64,000 nt of DNA from positions 272,304,001-272,368,000 of the forward strand of contig OZ024742.1 of NCBI GenBank assembly GCA_964016885.1, written 5' to 3'. The position numbers were made by a program, and so were the translations under genes. Every line of letters begins with the position of its first letter. Position 1 is the stretch's first letter. This stretch comes from Eledone cirrhosa (Eukaryota). Shown one piece after another: positions 51,641 to 64,000 of the stretch. The notes below the pieces were generated by a model. That model saw only the letters and a program-made list of their open reading frames with translations. It did not search any database and was not told where the DNA came from.

Positions 51641-52294
51641 TATATGAAAGTTAGAAGAATGAAAAATGAAATAAAGGAAACACAATGACGGTAGTAAATG
51701 CTTGGCGTAAAAATGTGCATATCATAACAACACCCACACACGCAAAATCAGACAAGTGACCAAAAAACACACATAAAAGACACGACTACACAAAGACACA
51801 CCAAATAGAATGCATGCACAAAAGCACAAGCGCAAACAGAGAAAAAAAAATAAATAAATAAAACTTTTTAGGAACACAATGGGAGGAAATTTTGAAGAAT
51901 GATAATCACTGAAAATGCTGCATATATATATATATATGACGAAAGAATTTAAGAAACTATATTTCTATTTGCACTTTTAACTGTTGGTCAACCAATGATA
52001 AATATTGATTGCCAGCTAAATTATTTATAGAAATATGAAAATATACTGAAGTGAAAACCAAACCAAAGACGTGGATGTATTTTACTATTTCTCTCTGGAA
52101 ATATTTTGAGATGCCCCCTCCTGAAATATAAAAAAATGTATGTTTCATCACAAGATTTTATATCAAAAATTTGTGAAACAAATACATCGCCCTTTAGGTA
52201 AATGAGTATATGGGAAAAAATTATCTTTTCTCTATAAACTTCACTAGATATGCACATCTCATCTACATTGTTTAATATACATAGACATATATAG

Positions 52295-52845
52295 TAAGTT
52301 TGTTTTAAAACAGCGAGCGAGATTGAAAATAGAAATAGAATAGTTCACCGTTTTTTTTTACTAAAGAAATTTCAGCCTGATAGTGGGTATAGAACCCTCT
52401 AATAAAAGGAAACAGCTGAGTATTGCCGGACATGCTAGTCAAACCCACATCTTTGGTTTTTCAGACCACTGTGCTACAATTACACTAACACATCACCCAT
52501 CTCTATATATTCAAATTAGAAGTTACATTCTTAGCAAGTATGATGAAAAGTAGGTTTGTTTTGAAAGGGTGGGCAAGATTGAAAATAGAAATAGAATATT
52601 TCACCTTTTGTTTTACTAAAGAAATTTTAGCCTGATAGTGGGTTATAGAACCCTCTATTAAAAGGAAAAAGATAAGTATTGTCGGACATTCTAGTCAAAC
52701 CCACATATTTGGTTTTTCAGACCACTGTACTACTATTACACTAACACACTACCCATCTCTATATATTCAAATTAGAAGTTACATTCTTAGCAAGTATGAT
52801 GACAAATAAGTTTGTTTTGAAAGTGTGAGCGAGTTGAATATAGAC
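52295..52845. repeat. ~255-bp tandem duplication containing tRNA-like sequence
   Basis: GATTGAAAATAGAAATAGAATA at 52321 and 52577. Confidence 0.85.
52429..52494 (-). pseudogene. tRNA-Phe(GAA)-like pseudogene (second copy 52685-52750)
   Basis: GATGTGT-TA-GTGTAATTGTAGCAC-AGTGGT CTGAAAA ACCA-AAGATGTGGGTTTGACT-AGCATGTC; acceptor, D and anticodon arms fold, 3' strand of the T stem is missing. Confidence 0.5.
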
Positions 52846-52929
52846 ATGTATAAATACGTATACACCCGACGTACCAGTTTGATTCATTGCGCCGTCCTGC
52901 TGTGACATTGGACAAATCAATAAAGGCAT

Positions 52930-54830
52930 CGTCGATAGGAATTTACCAACAATAACAGGAAAGGTTAAACTCCAGTAATGGTCCAATGCCAACGACGTGA
53001 CTACATGATTCAAGAATATTAATAATAGGAATAGCACCAATTTCATTCAACTAAACATAGTAAATTATCATGCATCCATCTCAGCTGTAATCCTAAATAA
53101 AACACTTATGTTTGTCATTAAATAAAGAGACATTACGAGAGTGGAGGTGAAATTTATTCACACAGCTAGGAAATCCGATATAGTATTTGAGGGACAACTA
53201 TGGATAAGGAAGGAAAGGCCAACTAACTTCGACATCACGATGGGATCCAGTGACTCAGCCCAAGTCACTGACTTCGTGGTATATATATACTTCAAACACT
53301 CCAGATAGAGATACAGGTCATTGGCAGTGGGCTATATCGAAATGTTGCTCTGTTCGCCTTCCTAAGCCACAGCAATAGCCATCTAGAAAGAAGGAAAAAA
53401 GTGTCTAATTCAGCTCTTTAAAAAACTAGGTAGAGAGGACAACAATAAAAGGGTAGTTAACCTAGAATCAGACCTACACTACCCATATCATGAGCCGAAT
53501 GAGAACTTAAAATATGTTAAAGTCGAATCCAACCAGCCTAAATCGGTTATTTGGGCATATGAAGCGTATCATGTTTTATAACCGCACTTTGGGCTAAACG
53601 AATCATAATCGATGACGTTTCCAACCACAAAAAAGATGCCTTAGTTAGAGCAGGCTAAAATGAAGGTACATCATACCTAAACCTAGACGATAGAAACAAC
53701 CATGCGCGAATCCAAACGTATAAACGTATCACCCACCAGCTGTGTTAGTGCAATAACAAATCGAACTATAGAATACTAACCTAATGCGAAATAAACTAAC
53801 TAGGGCAACAACCATGCCGAAACGGGGGAAAGGTGGCTACCAGGAGCATAAACCCCTAAGCGAAAATCCCAACTCCACTCGACTTAGAAAACCACCAGAC
53901 GCCCTAAAGAATGGACCTGAATCTGGAGACCTCAAAGGTCATAACAACTCCGAACCTGAAGTGGAGCCTAGCAGACACCGCAACAACAGATCCAAGGAAT
54001 CCAATAAAAAAGGAAAAGATATTAGTCCAAGAAAAGGTACAAGAGCCAGTCCCATGGATAAATCGTGGTATAAGCCTCCATACTGCACAGGATTACGCAA
54101 TAACTTAGTCTCCCAATTATTTAAAATACTAGACATATCCTTTCATATGATTTCTATAGACATACTATCAAAATGTCTTACTTAACGACTATAAACCTAG
54201 CTCAGAATATAGAAAGAATAGACAAGGATAGAATTAGACAATTACGTAAATTTACTAAAGTTGATAATTTAGTAGAACAACAGCTCAAGATCCAGCAAAA
54301 GCTTTCCCACGTGGCTGACCATACCCGGATTAACCCAGGGGCAGCAACCGCATGATCAAGCGGTACAACGGGCAATCCGGAACTTCTATGTGTACTAACG
54401 CCATGGAGAACAGAACATGCAACTCTAGTACTGCCACCTCATATTCAATAGAAGGGACTTGCCTATCCGAAACATAGTTTATGAATGCAAGATTAGAAGG
54501 AATGATATAATATACACCAACATGGGTGCTACGGAAACAAAATTTAAGGAAAAGCGATATAAACATGTCCATATATTGAAAAGAATGGAAAAGAGTAACA
54601 ACACGACTTTCCCGGAAATAAAAGACACGGAGTATACACTTATTTGATCCTATTTCCAATCAGCTTCCCGTATGCGGGGTGCGATGTTACGCCTGTCCCT
54701 TGTGTACCACGGAAATCATGTAGATAATAAAAAGAGGACCATCGATGATAAATAAAAGGCTGGACCTGATTGACAAGCGTCCTCACCGACACACCAAAAC
54801 CTTCCTGAGGAGATACCGCATGTCGACACC
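52930..54830 (+). pseudogene. Naiad-like PLE RT/GIY-YIG, heavily decayed
   Basis: NFDITMGSSDSAQVTD, WYKPPY, NIVYECKI..MGATETKFKE. Confidence 0.78.
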
Positions 54831-55239
54831 TCTCACTATTTGTGCATTTCCTATACCCATATCATCGGAACCACGCAACTAGGATAGATTAACAGAAGTC
54901 TTCCACATCAGTGCTACTCCTTTATAGATAATCTGTATATACCACCTTACGCACACACTCACGGCAGTGCCGCAATATCTTCATTCAACACTTCTTTAAA
55001 CATTGTCATGTATTAATCTCCCGGTTGCATCCCAAACTGTCCCTGTTATGTTTGCAACCATCCACATGTATAATATGCATTATAATATGTTGAGTTATGC
55101 AATATAATCAATATAGCTACTGTAATGACAAAAACTATGCCCACTGGCGCATATATGAGGATACAAATGCCTGCATACATCATTGGATGTAAATGCATAT
55201 GTATATGTTAGTTTTTGTGTATATACATATGTATATATA

Positions 55240-56292
55240 TAAGTATGTATACGTACAAACATATATGTATACAGCCGTAGAGTAGTATGCATATATATAC
55301 ATACATGCACACATATATATATGTACGTATCTTTTTTACCGAACATTTATTATAATGCTCGGTTTGTTTGTAAACAAACAAACATCCCGAATTAAGCCAT
55401 ACAGTGTTTAGCAACCATGGTCGCCCTTTTGTTCAACACTGACAAAGGAACGATGTACTAGTTTCAAACAGACCGAGCATTATAATAAATGTTCGGTAAA
55501 AACGATACGTACATATATATATATGTGTGCATGTATGTATAAATATACATACTAATGTACGTCTGTATACATATATGTATGAACATATACATTACTTATA
55601 TTTAAGTAACATCCGTACTAAGAGTGAGAAATGAAATTTCGTTTCATTTTTTCCATTTATCGTTTTCGGTGCGCCCAGCCGACTAACTCACTCGATATGC
55701 AAATTAGGCTGCTCAGCCGTTAATATGCATAAGGAAAGTATATACTTTCAGACGTTCATCAACTGGCCGGAATGTATACAATGCTGACGAGAGCTAATAA
55801 GCTTGAAACTAGTACATCGTTCCTTTGTCAGTGTTGAACAAAAGGGCAACGAATGTTGCTAAAAACTGTACGGCTTAATTCGGGCTGTTTCTTTGTTTAC
55901 AAACAAACAGAGCATTATAATAAATTGTTTCTATTTTTAGGCACAAGGCCAATAATTACACAGTGCATTACTGGTACTTTATTTTATCGACCCCGTAAGG
56001 ATGAAAGGCAAAGTCAACCTCGGCAGGGATTTGAACTCAGATCGTAAAGGGACGTAACTATGCTGGAAAGCATGGCGTCCGGCCCTCCACCGATACTGCC
56101 AATCCACCTTGGCATTATAATAAATGTTTGGTAAACACGAAAAGTACACATATATATATATATGTTTGCATGTGTGTATATATATACATACCACTGTACG
56201 TCTGTATACATATATGTCTGCACGTATACATACTTATATTTAAGTAACAGTCGTACTAAGAGTGAGAAATGAAATTTCGTTTCATTTTTTCC
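55240..56292. mobile_element. Retrozyme-like family B fold-back, interrupted by a SINE
   Basis: Minus arm 55240-55466 breaks inside the HHR; plus arm has HHR 55778-55820 (ACAATG-CTGACGA-GAGCT AATA AGCTT-GAAACTAGTA-CATCGT). Confidence 0.85.
55926..56111 (-). mobile_element. tRNA-derived SINE with 14-bp target-site duplication
   Basis: GCATTATAATAAAT at 55912-55925 and 56112-56125. Confidence 0.9.
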
Positions 56293-56331
56293 ATATATAT
56301 ATATATATGTATATATAGATATATATATATT

Positions 56332-56863
56332 ATGTCGGGTCACACTTCAGTGCAACTGGTAACATGTAACCCAGTAGAACCTGTCTCATGGTCGACTCGC
56401 CCGTGACTAAACCGGCAACGCGACCATGTTTACTTGGTGAGGAGGGTGATTTTGGAAACCCTGCAGGACAATAAACAAATCCTGCAAAGGGCGGAAGAAC
56501 TCATGAGAGTCAACGGACATCCAAAAGTGTGTAAATGTGTATATCCAAATGTACCGCGCGGTTAAACCACTATGAGTGAAGGACCCCTAGCCTTGTTCAG
56601 GGCACTCTTCTAGGAGAAGGCAACTCAGGAAACTGGGATAACTCCGATATAAAACCTGCGGCTCAGTAGTTACCGATGATCTTGATCTTTTCTTCTTTTC
56701 GGGTTATAGCTACTGTCGCTCAGAGAGTGGGATTGGCTTAGTGCACAGACTTTCCTAACTTTAAAAAATATATTCACGCACAGTCATTGCACGATATAAT
56801 TAATTAATAATTATTAAAAATGGTATATCGTGCAATGGCCATACTCGATAACGAGGGGGAAGC

Positions 56864-56866
<3 letters not shown>
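56332..56866 (+). mobile_element. Non-coding repeat resembling an RTE-LINE 5' UTR
   Basis: Second copy 60611-61192; GGGC..TCTAGGAGAAGGCAACTC motif; 14-bp hairpin 56785-56837. Confidence 0.6.
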
Positions 56867-56923
<57 letters not shown>

Positions 56924-57317
56924 TGGCTGCCAACTCGTTTTCGAGTACGGCCACTACTCTATATCCATGTAGGAGAACGCCTACCGATGCGCTGACCGAG
57001 TGTGAGATTTTAGTCCAGCCAGCGACTTGAAAACTCTGGTACAAACACTACAATTGTGACAATTATTGACACATAGTGCTGGGCCCATGGTACCATGTGA
57101 CGACAAGTGCAGAGAGATCTCCAGATATAAAGCAATGCCTGGGCAGTGAAGCTTTTATAGTGAGCAAAAGCACTGCACAAAACCAGACCCACTCTCTTAA
57201 CCAGGATGATATTTACACAAAAGAAGAACAAGTAAACATCATTGGATACAATCAGGGTTGCAGGTGTTATATATATATATATATATACACACACATGAGT
57301 ATGTATATGCATATGTT

Positions 57318-57373
<56 letters not shown>

Positions 57374-57425
57374 TACATGTATGTATATATATATATATAT
57401 ATACATACATATACATACATGTATA

Positions 57426-57467
<42 letters not shown>

Positions 57468-58319
57468 AACATATACTTATGCATATACATACTCATGTGT
57501 GTGTATATATATATATATATGATCGTTCCCCTTTGTTATCGAGTATAATATATAATTCTACAAAATCTGAAATCTCCAAACACCTGTCTTAACACTAATT
57601 CTGGGACATTTAACATTTGCCTACATATAATAACCCATGTCCTTTCTTGGCATCAACCCACCATTTTGGACACTTAGCCACCTTGAACACTCTCTTCTTT
57701 TTACACATTCATCACTTATCTTATATTACACCTTGAACACTCTCTCTTACTTTACACACTATCGCCCTTTATCACAACACTTATATTAAGCCCTTATTTT
57801 ATATTACACCTATTTTATTAATTTCTTATTTTTCCTTACTTTTACCTTGAACAATCTCTCTTACTTTACATATTTAACACTTATTTTATTATTTTACTTT
57901 AATTTATTTTATACTTATGTTACACTTATATTATTCACTTATTTACTTCATCTTTTCCTGAACACTCTCTCTTATTTTAGCACCTGGGCCTTTATCACAT
58001 ACATTCAACAACAAACTATATTTATATATTTACATTTATATATTTTATAGCTAAGTACTATGCATAAAGCACTCGTTTTTCCTTGAGTTCTCTTCGAGAA
58101 ATATATATGTATATATGTGTGTGTGTGTGTGTGTGTATGTGTATATGTATGTATATGAGTGTATGTATATATGCGTATACATAAATATAAATAATTTTTT
58201 TTAATATATGTTTATGCGTATGTGTGTATAAAAGTATTTATGTGTGTGGTTATCTGCGTGCATACATTTGTATTTTTGCATGCTTCAATATGTTTTTACT
58301 TACATTGGACACATACATG

Positions 58320-58620
58320 TATGTGCCAAGTCCCCCCAACGCACTTGGTATGCCATCCAGTGCAGCCTGGCCTCAGACACGCTCACGCGGCAGCTGGACC
58401 GGCACCGCCTTGCTTGTTTTCGTGCGGCCTCCAAGTCCCACAATGGTGCCTGGCTCCATGCTCTGCCTTCCTTCTCCACTGGCACGCATCGGCCTTTCCA
58501 GGAGGCTCGGCCTCCGGATCTGCCAGTCACACCAATGTCGCTGCGGTTCCACCGTGGACACTTTCTGCTTCCACCCGCTTTCCTGTCACCACAGTGCCGG
58601 CCGCTTTCCACGCCATGCTG
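58320..58620 (+). mobile_element. CRE-type LINE fragment
   Basis: RLACFRAASKSHNGAWLHALPS; similar to 39540-39640 minus. Confidence 0.6.
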
Positions 58621-58624
58621 AAAA

Positions 58625-58915
58625 CAATTGTGTGTAATTGTTTTACCGCTCCTAATTATGGCGTATTATCTTCATTTTTTCGGTTCTTTGCCAGGGAACG
58701 TTTCCACAAACTAAAGTATCGACTTCCTATATGCCTTCGGTTGTAACGTTTTTCGAAATATTGACTTCTGCGTTCACAGTTTGATATTTTTAGCTTCAGA
58801 AGATCCCGTTAAGTGTGAAAGCAGCGATTATTTGCTTATTTTAATAAATATTTGCTCTACGGTTCTTATACATTTGATATATATTTATCCTTATCGAGCC
58901 CTCTTTGGGTTTTAG
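58625..58915 (+). mobile_element. Solo 3'-UTR copy of the Naiad-like PLE family
   Basis: Similar to 24395-24620 and reverse complement of 21000-21300; CAGAAGA motif at 58797. Confidence 0.78.
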
Positions 58916-58934
58916 TCTGTATTGCGGTGGCATT

Positions 58935-59115
58935 ATAAGTTGAGCCAAATTATGCAGCTTCATATGCAAATGAGATTAATCTCCTCATTTACACAGACGA
59001 GAAAAGTATATATCTCGCCTGTCTTCTAGTCCAGCAGTCGCAAGCGGTGTGAGGGACCGTCCCGACGAAGGCGAGTTAAACCGGAAATGCATAGACGGTT
59101 GTCCCCCTTGCTTCG
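58935..59115 (+). mobile_element. Retrozyme-like family A partial unit
   Basis: Reverse complement of 2860-3030; HHR at 59055-59100 with mutated core CCGACGA. Confidence 0.8.
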
Positions 59116-59706
59116 TATTAGTTTATTTTTCGCACTGGGTGGTTGCTGGCCTTGTGCCTAGGGTAGAAACAATTATTTCGTATTAGTCTCGGGACTCGGA
59201 ATTATTATTTCGTGGTAGGTTCTTTAGTATTTTGGCCCCCCACTTGTTGACCCGTCACCGTAAGATATACTCGGTTGATTACTACTACCTCTTAAAAGGT
59301 TCTCATTATAATTCCGTCCCACCTAGTAAACTTTTCTTTAGTCTAGCAGTACCAGTGAGAGACTTGATAGCTGTCCTGAGGTTATAGTAACCAGACATTT
59401 TTTTTTTATATTTAATTTTTTTTTTAACATTCTCGGTATTTTTCTATATATTTACCCCATATTGTTTTACTTATTGTTTCGACTTCCTCACCATCCCCCT
59501 CCCTAGTATACTTCCTTGACCTCCTGCCCTGCTGTAGTTGGCACTATCAACACACGACTGGGTTTCCTCCACCCCCTCTCCCTCTTTCTTCTACTGGCAG
59601 GTTCAGCTACCCCTTCCTTCCACAAATTGCCATGATAAAAGTATGTGTCTCACCAACAAACTTTTGACCAATCCTTGTGACAATCACTTTTACCATATAT
59701 TGAATT

Positions 59707-59802
59707 ACCCCCTGAGAAGCTCGGCTATTCACATACCGGGATAAAAACTTTCATTTAGTCCAGAATTAGCCGTCGAAACGGCTTGAGCTCAGCCTTCGGG
59801 GT
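59707..59802 (+). ncRNA. Degenerate hammerhead ribozyme
   Basis: ACCCC-CTGAGAA-..CGGCTA..TAGCCG..-GAAACGGCT..AGCCTTC-GGGGT; all three stems pair, core has G8A. Confidence 0.55.
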
Positions 59803-59893
59803 CCTACTCGTTCCTATTACCCCCTCTACTACCCTAAGTATTGAGTATTTTGGTGCGTTATGGTCCACCTGGTTCCTTACCACATTTCCTTCG

Positions 59894-59961
<68 letters not shown>

Positions 59962-60181
59962 GCACTTACATATATGCCTATATATATTAGCTGGATGTGT
60001 GTATGTGTGTGTATATGTATGTACACATATGATTTTCTCTATATTGCTATGTATATTTATATTTTAATATATTATTTTTATTAACATTCTTTTCTTATGT
60101 TTATTTCCCGTTAGTTTTTCCGCCTCACTTCCACTTTTTAACAGATTTTAAATCTCATTTCATATCTTTTATCCATAACAT

Positions 60182-60249
60182 CTCTGTCTGACGACCGATC
60201 CAGGCGTATATTATAATTGTCTGGGATCTAAAAACCTTTGGTAATGGAG
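60182..60249 (+). ncRNA. Degenerate hammerhead ribozyme
   Basis: CTCTGT-CTGACGA-..GATCC AGGCG..TGTCT GGGATC..-AAAACCTTTGGTA-ATGGAG; G12 mutated to A. Confidence 0.55.
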
Positions 60250-60343
60250 TAGCTATATTTTGTTTTGTTCACTTTCTAAATAAATAGCTCCGTACTAATA
60301 GAGCACTCTTTTCTCCATTGCTTTTTTTTCTTCGGAATTACCT

Positions 60344-60409
<66 letters not shown>

Positions 60410-60416
60410 TAATGTA

Positions 60417-60458
<42 letters not shown>

Positions 60459-60461
60459 GTA

Positions 60462-60511
<50 letters not shown>

Positions 60512-60610
60512 CATGTGTGTGTGTGTGATTGTGTGTGTGTGTCTATGTGTGTGTATGCGTGTGTGTATGTGTGCGTGTGTTACTTTGTGTCTGTATTTAT
60601 GTGCGTATAT

Positions 60611-61192
60611 TATGTCGGGTCACTCTTGAGAGCTACTGGTAACATATAACCCAGAAAATCCTGTCGAATGGTCGGGTCGCCAGCCACTAAACTGGCAACC
60701 CCATCAAGATTACTTGGTGAGGAGGATAAATTTGGACACCCTGCAGCACAAAAAAAAAAGCCTGACAAAATGCGGCAAAACCCATAAGATTCAACGGCCA
60801 TCCAAAAATGTGTAAATATGTATATACACATGTACATATACATATGTATGCATATGTGCAGAGACATTGAAATTGTCGTCCTAGATAACCGATCGTGCGG
60901 TTAAACCATTGCGAGTGAAGGAATCCTAGCCTTTGTCAGGGCATTCTTCTAGAAGGCAACTGGGATGACCCGACATAAAACATGCGGCTCAGTTGTTACC
61001 GACGATGTTGGGATTTTTCTCTTTTCCGGTTATAGCTACTGCTCCACAGAGAGTAGAATTGGCTCAGTACAGAGTATTTCAACTATATGAAACAAATATT
61101 CACGCACAGGCATTGCAGAATAGAATTAATCAATAATTATTAATAATGGTATATCGTGCAATGGCCAACCTTGATAACGAGGGGGCAGCCAT
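60611..61192 (+). mobile_element. Second copy of the RTE-5'-UTR-like repeat
   Basis: Collinear with 56332-56866 from TATGTCGGGTCAC to GATAACGAGGGGG. Confidence 0.6.
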
Positions 61193-61649
61193 AATATGAG
61201 TCTGTTCATTTATAAATCTATGTTCGTGCAGGTGTAAGCCCGCTGTCATACATGTCTGCTCATGTACATATCTATGTATACATGTACGGATATGGATCGT
61301 TATGCAATATTGGGGAAATATGTTACTTTATGTTTATATTAATTTATTTGTATATGGATTATCATCAAATAAAACATGTAATATTTAGTATTATACTCTT
61401 ATATTATTGTGTTTTCGTCAATACCAGCATGTCTAGTAACATTATCATTAATATAACTATTACGATTATCATTACCTGTATAATCAGCCAGGAAGACATC
61501 ATTATCACTGACTACACATATGGCTAATATAACGACCAACATATATAGCTAATATTTCTCTATATATTCTCTCATATTCTTTTATATATTCTTACTTTCT
61601 TTAATATATTTTTATATTCTTATTTCATTTCTATAATTTTATTATGAAG

Positions 61650-63560
61650 AAACACAAACACAACATTCTACAGACCTAACTGCAAGTACTAAACAAACTA
61701 CAAAAAGACTCTGCAATAATCATAAAAGAAGCGAACAAAGGTGGAGCAATCATGGACAACAACCACTACCATGATATGGTCCTAGAACAGTTGAATAACG
61801 AGGACGTTTACAGAAAAATCAGCAAAAACGAAGAAAGAAAATCGATGTTTAAAGTAGACAAACTGACGACCAAGTACCAAAACAACCTCACACTAAAGGA
61901 AATCAATTACTTACCCAACTTCGAAATGAAAACCAGCAATTTCTATGGTTTACCGAAGGTTCACAAATCCAGAGAAATCCAAAATAACATAAAAGGAAAA
62001 ACTACATCATATGTTGAAGTACCAAAACCGACAGATTTAAAATGACGCCCAACTGTTGCTGGTCCTGCCTCAAGCACACTAAGCAACCTATTAGACATCA
62101 TACTGAAACCCTTATGCAAAAAGTGCCAAGCCTCATCAAATATGATATGGAATTCTTGAACTATATCTCCCAGAAATTACACCAAGAAACAATCTTAGTC
62201 AGCTTTGACGTAACAAGCTTATATACTAACATCCCACACGACTTAGGAGATGAAACTGTTGACTTCTGGATTACAAAACATCCAGACAACATTTCAGAGA
62301 GATTCCCCAAACAATTTATTTTGGATGGACTCAAACTTGTACTGGATAACAACCACTTCCTTTTTGATAAAGGAACGGCCATGGGTACCAAAGTGGCCCC
62401 AAAATAGGCAACACACGTTATGGGTAACCAGGAGGCAAAATTACATTCCAAACTGCGGGAAACAATCAGTCATAACTTCGTCACCTACATTAATCATAAC
62501 TAGAAAAGCTACCTAGACGACTGCTGCATAATCTGGAATAGAAGCCAAGAAGACCTGCAAAGGATCCATTCCATCATAAACAATCCTCTCGAAAAATAAA
62601 ATTCACCATGGAATGTAATAAAAAGGAACTACCCTTTCTGGATATCCTTGTCATTAAGGAATGGGAAAATATCAAAACGAACTTGTTTTACAAACCAACA
62701 GACACACAAATACTTGAATTTCCGTTCAGCACACCCATTACATACCAAAAGGAACATTCCTTTTAACATGGTAATACACATCTGCACCATAGTAACACAC
62801 CCCACACTATAGGAAAAAATATTATATGAATTAAAAGAGTTTCTTAGGAGACAGGAATATCCGGTGAACCTCATCAATACAGCAATCTCCAAAGCCCAAG
62901 ACATCCCAGTGACAACACTGAGAAAAACAAAGTAACATAATAGAATGGAAAACAGTTATCCCTTTTGTCATCGCTCACAATCCAAGGAACTTCAACATTG
63001 TAAAAGTCGCCAATCAATATCTCCCTATTATCCAGCAGTCCCCTAAAATGAATGCACACATAAAAGACGCACACATTATATATATTAGACGCCAAGCACC
63101 CAACCTAAAGAAACTGCTTACCAAGGCAAAATTTGCGTATAATAATGAAGCAATGCAAGTTAAGAAATGCGGGGACTCTCGATTCAGAATTTGCGAACTC
63201 TTTGAAGAGGGTGGACAACTCTCCTTTAAAAACAACCAGTCTTTCACACTTAATGCAAACATGAACTGCAAAACAAAAAAATTAGTTTACTGTGCAACCT
63301 GCCCACAATGTAAAGAATACTACATTGGGGAAACCAGAACGGGACTACATAACAAAGTTCGAGTACATATACAACAAATTAGAGACTCCTCTGTCAGAAA
63401 CACCACATGCAGTGAACACTTCGCTACATGCGGAAATGGACATTTCACAATTTTCCCCTTCTTTAAGATATGGTCGGACAACGAACACTTCCCAAAATAT
63501 AGAGAAAAATTATTTATTAGCAAATACAAACCACTACTGAACACAAAAAAAGTGATATTC
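61650..63560 (+). pseudogene. PLE (Neptune-like) RT and GIY-YIG, disrupted
   Basis: NFYGLPKVHK, VSFDVTSLYTNIPH, KGTAMGTKVAP, YLDD, LPFLDI, NCKTKKLVYCATCPQCKEYYIGET..PLLN. Confidence 0.88.
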
Positions 63561-64000
63561 CATCTTCAAGCAACGGGATTCTCCCGCTTTCTTTTCTATA
63601 AAATAATCTCATATTGGAAAAGAAAAATAATTGATGACACCCGTAATTTCAAACATTCGATCGCAGAAGAAAAATCCTCAGAGGTACAATAACATTTCTA
63701 TCATTTCCCCTTCCCCACACCAATGTATATATGAACTTAAACACTTGTATAGATGTGTTTTTTTTTATTTATGTGTCTGTAGGTATACAGATATATGTGT
63801 ACATGTTTATGTGTATGTGTGCATATGTGTTTGTATATTTATATGTATGTATGCACGTGCTTATGTGTGAGATAGATATGTGTGAGATGAGTGTATATAT
63901 ATGTATGTGTATGTGTATATGTATATGTGGATATATGTATAATATATTTATATGTATATATATATATGTATATGTAAAAAGTATATATATATATATATAT

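Overview
AT-rich, microsatellite-dense animal genomic DNA made almost entirely of mobile-element debris. The tRNA-headed SINE family and repeat mix suggest a cephalopod such as an octopus (inference). No host protein-coding gene is supportable; most ORF-track entries are translations of (TA)n/(CA)n/(ACT)n repeats. Recognisable elements: five Penelope-like elements (PLEs; RT plus GIY-YIG), including one young, nearly intact 4.4-kb fold-back copy; R4/Dong-, Tx1/L1-, Vingi-, CRE- and RTE-type LINE fragments; a Tc1/mariner relic; and about ten SINE copies. The striking signal is RNA-level. By eye I can fold about 28 type I hammerhead-ribozyme (HHR) motifs from about 13 unrelated sequence families. 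They include tandem non-coding 329-nt and 420-nt retrozyme-like units, a U3-A8 core variant (UUGAUAA) and an A4 core variant (CAGAAGA), each variant conserved in several copies. Coding PLEs and non-coding HHR units share one insertion geometry (head-to-head fold-back, 3' ends outward, usually in (TA)n), pointing to a PLE-driven system of self-cleaving, possibly circular RNAs. All folds were done by eye and activity is untested; element boundaries are approximate.
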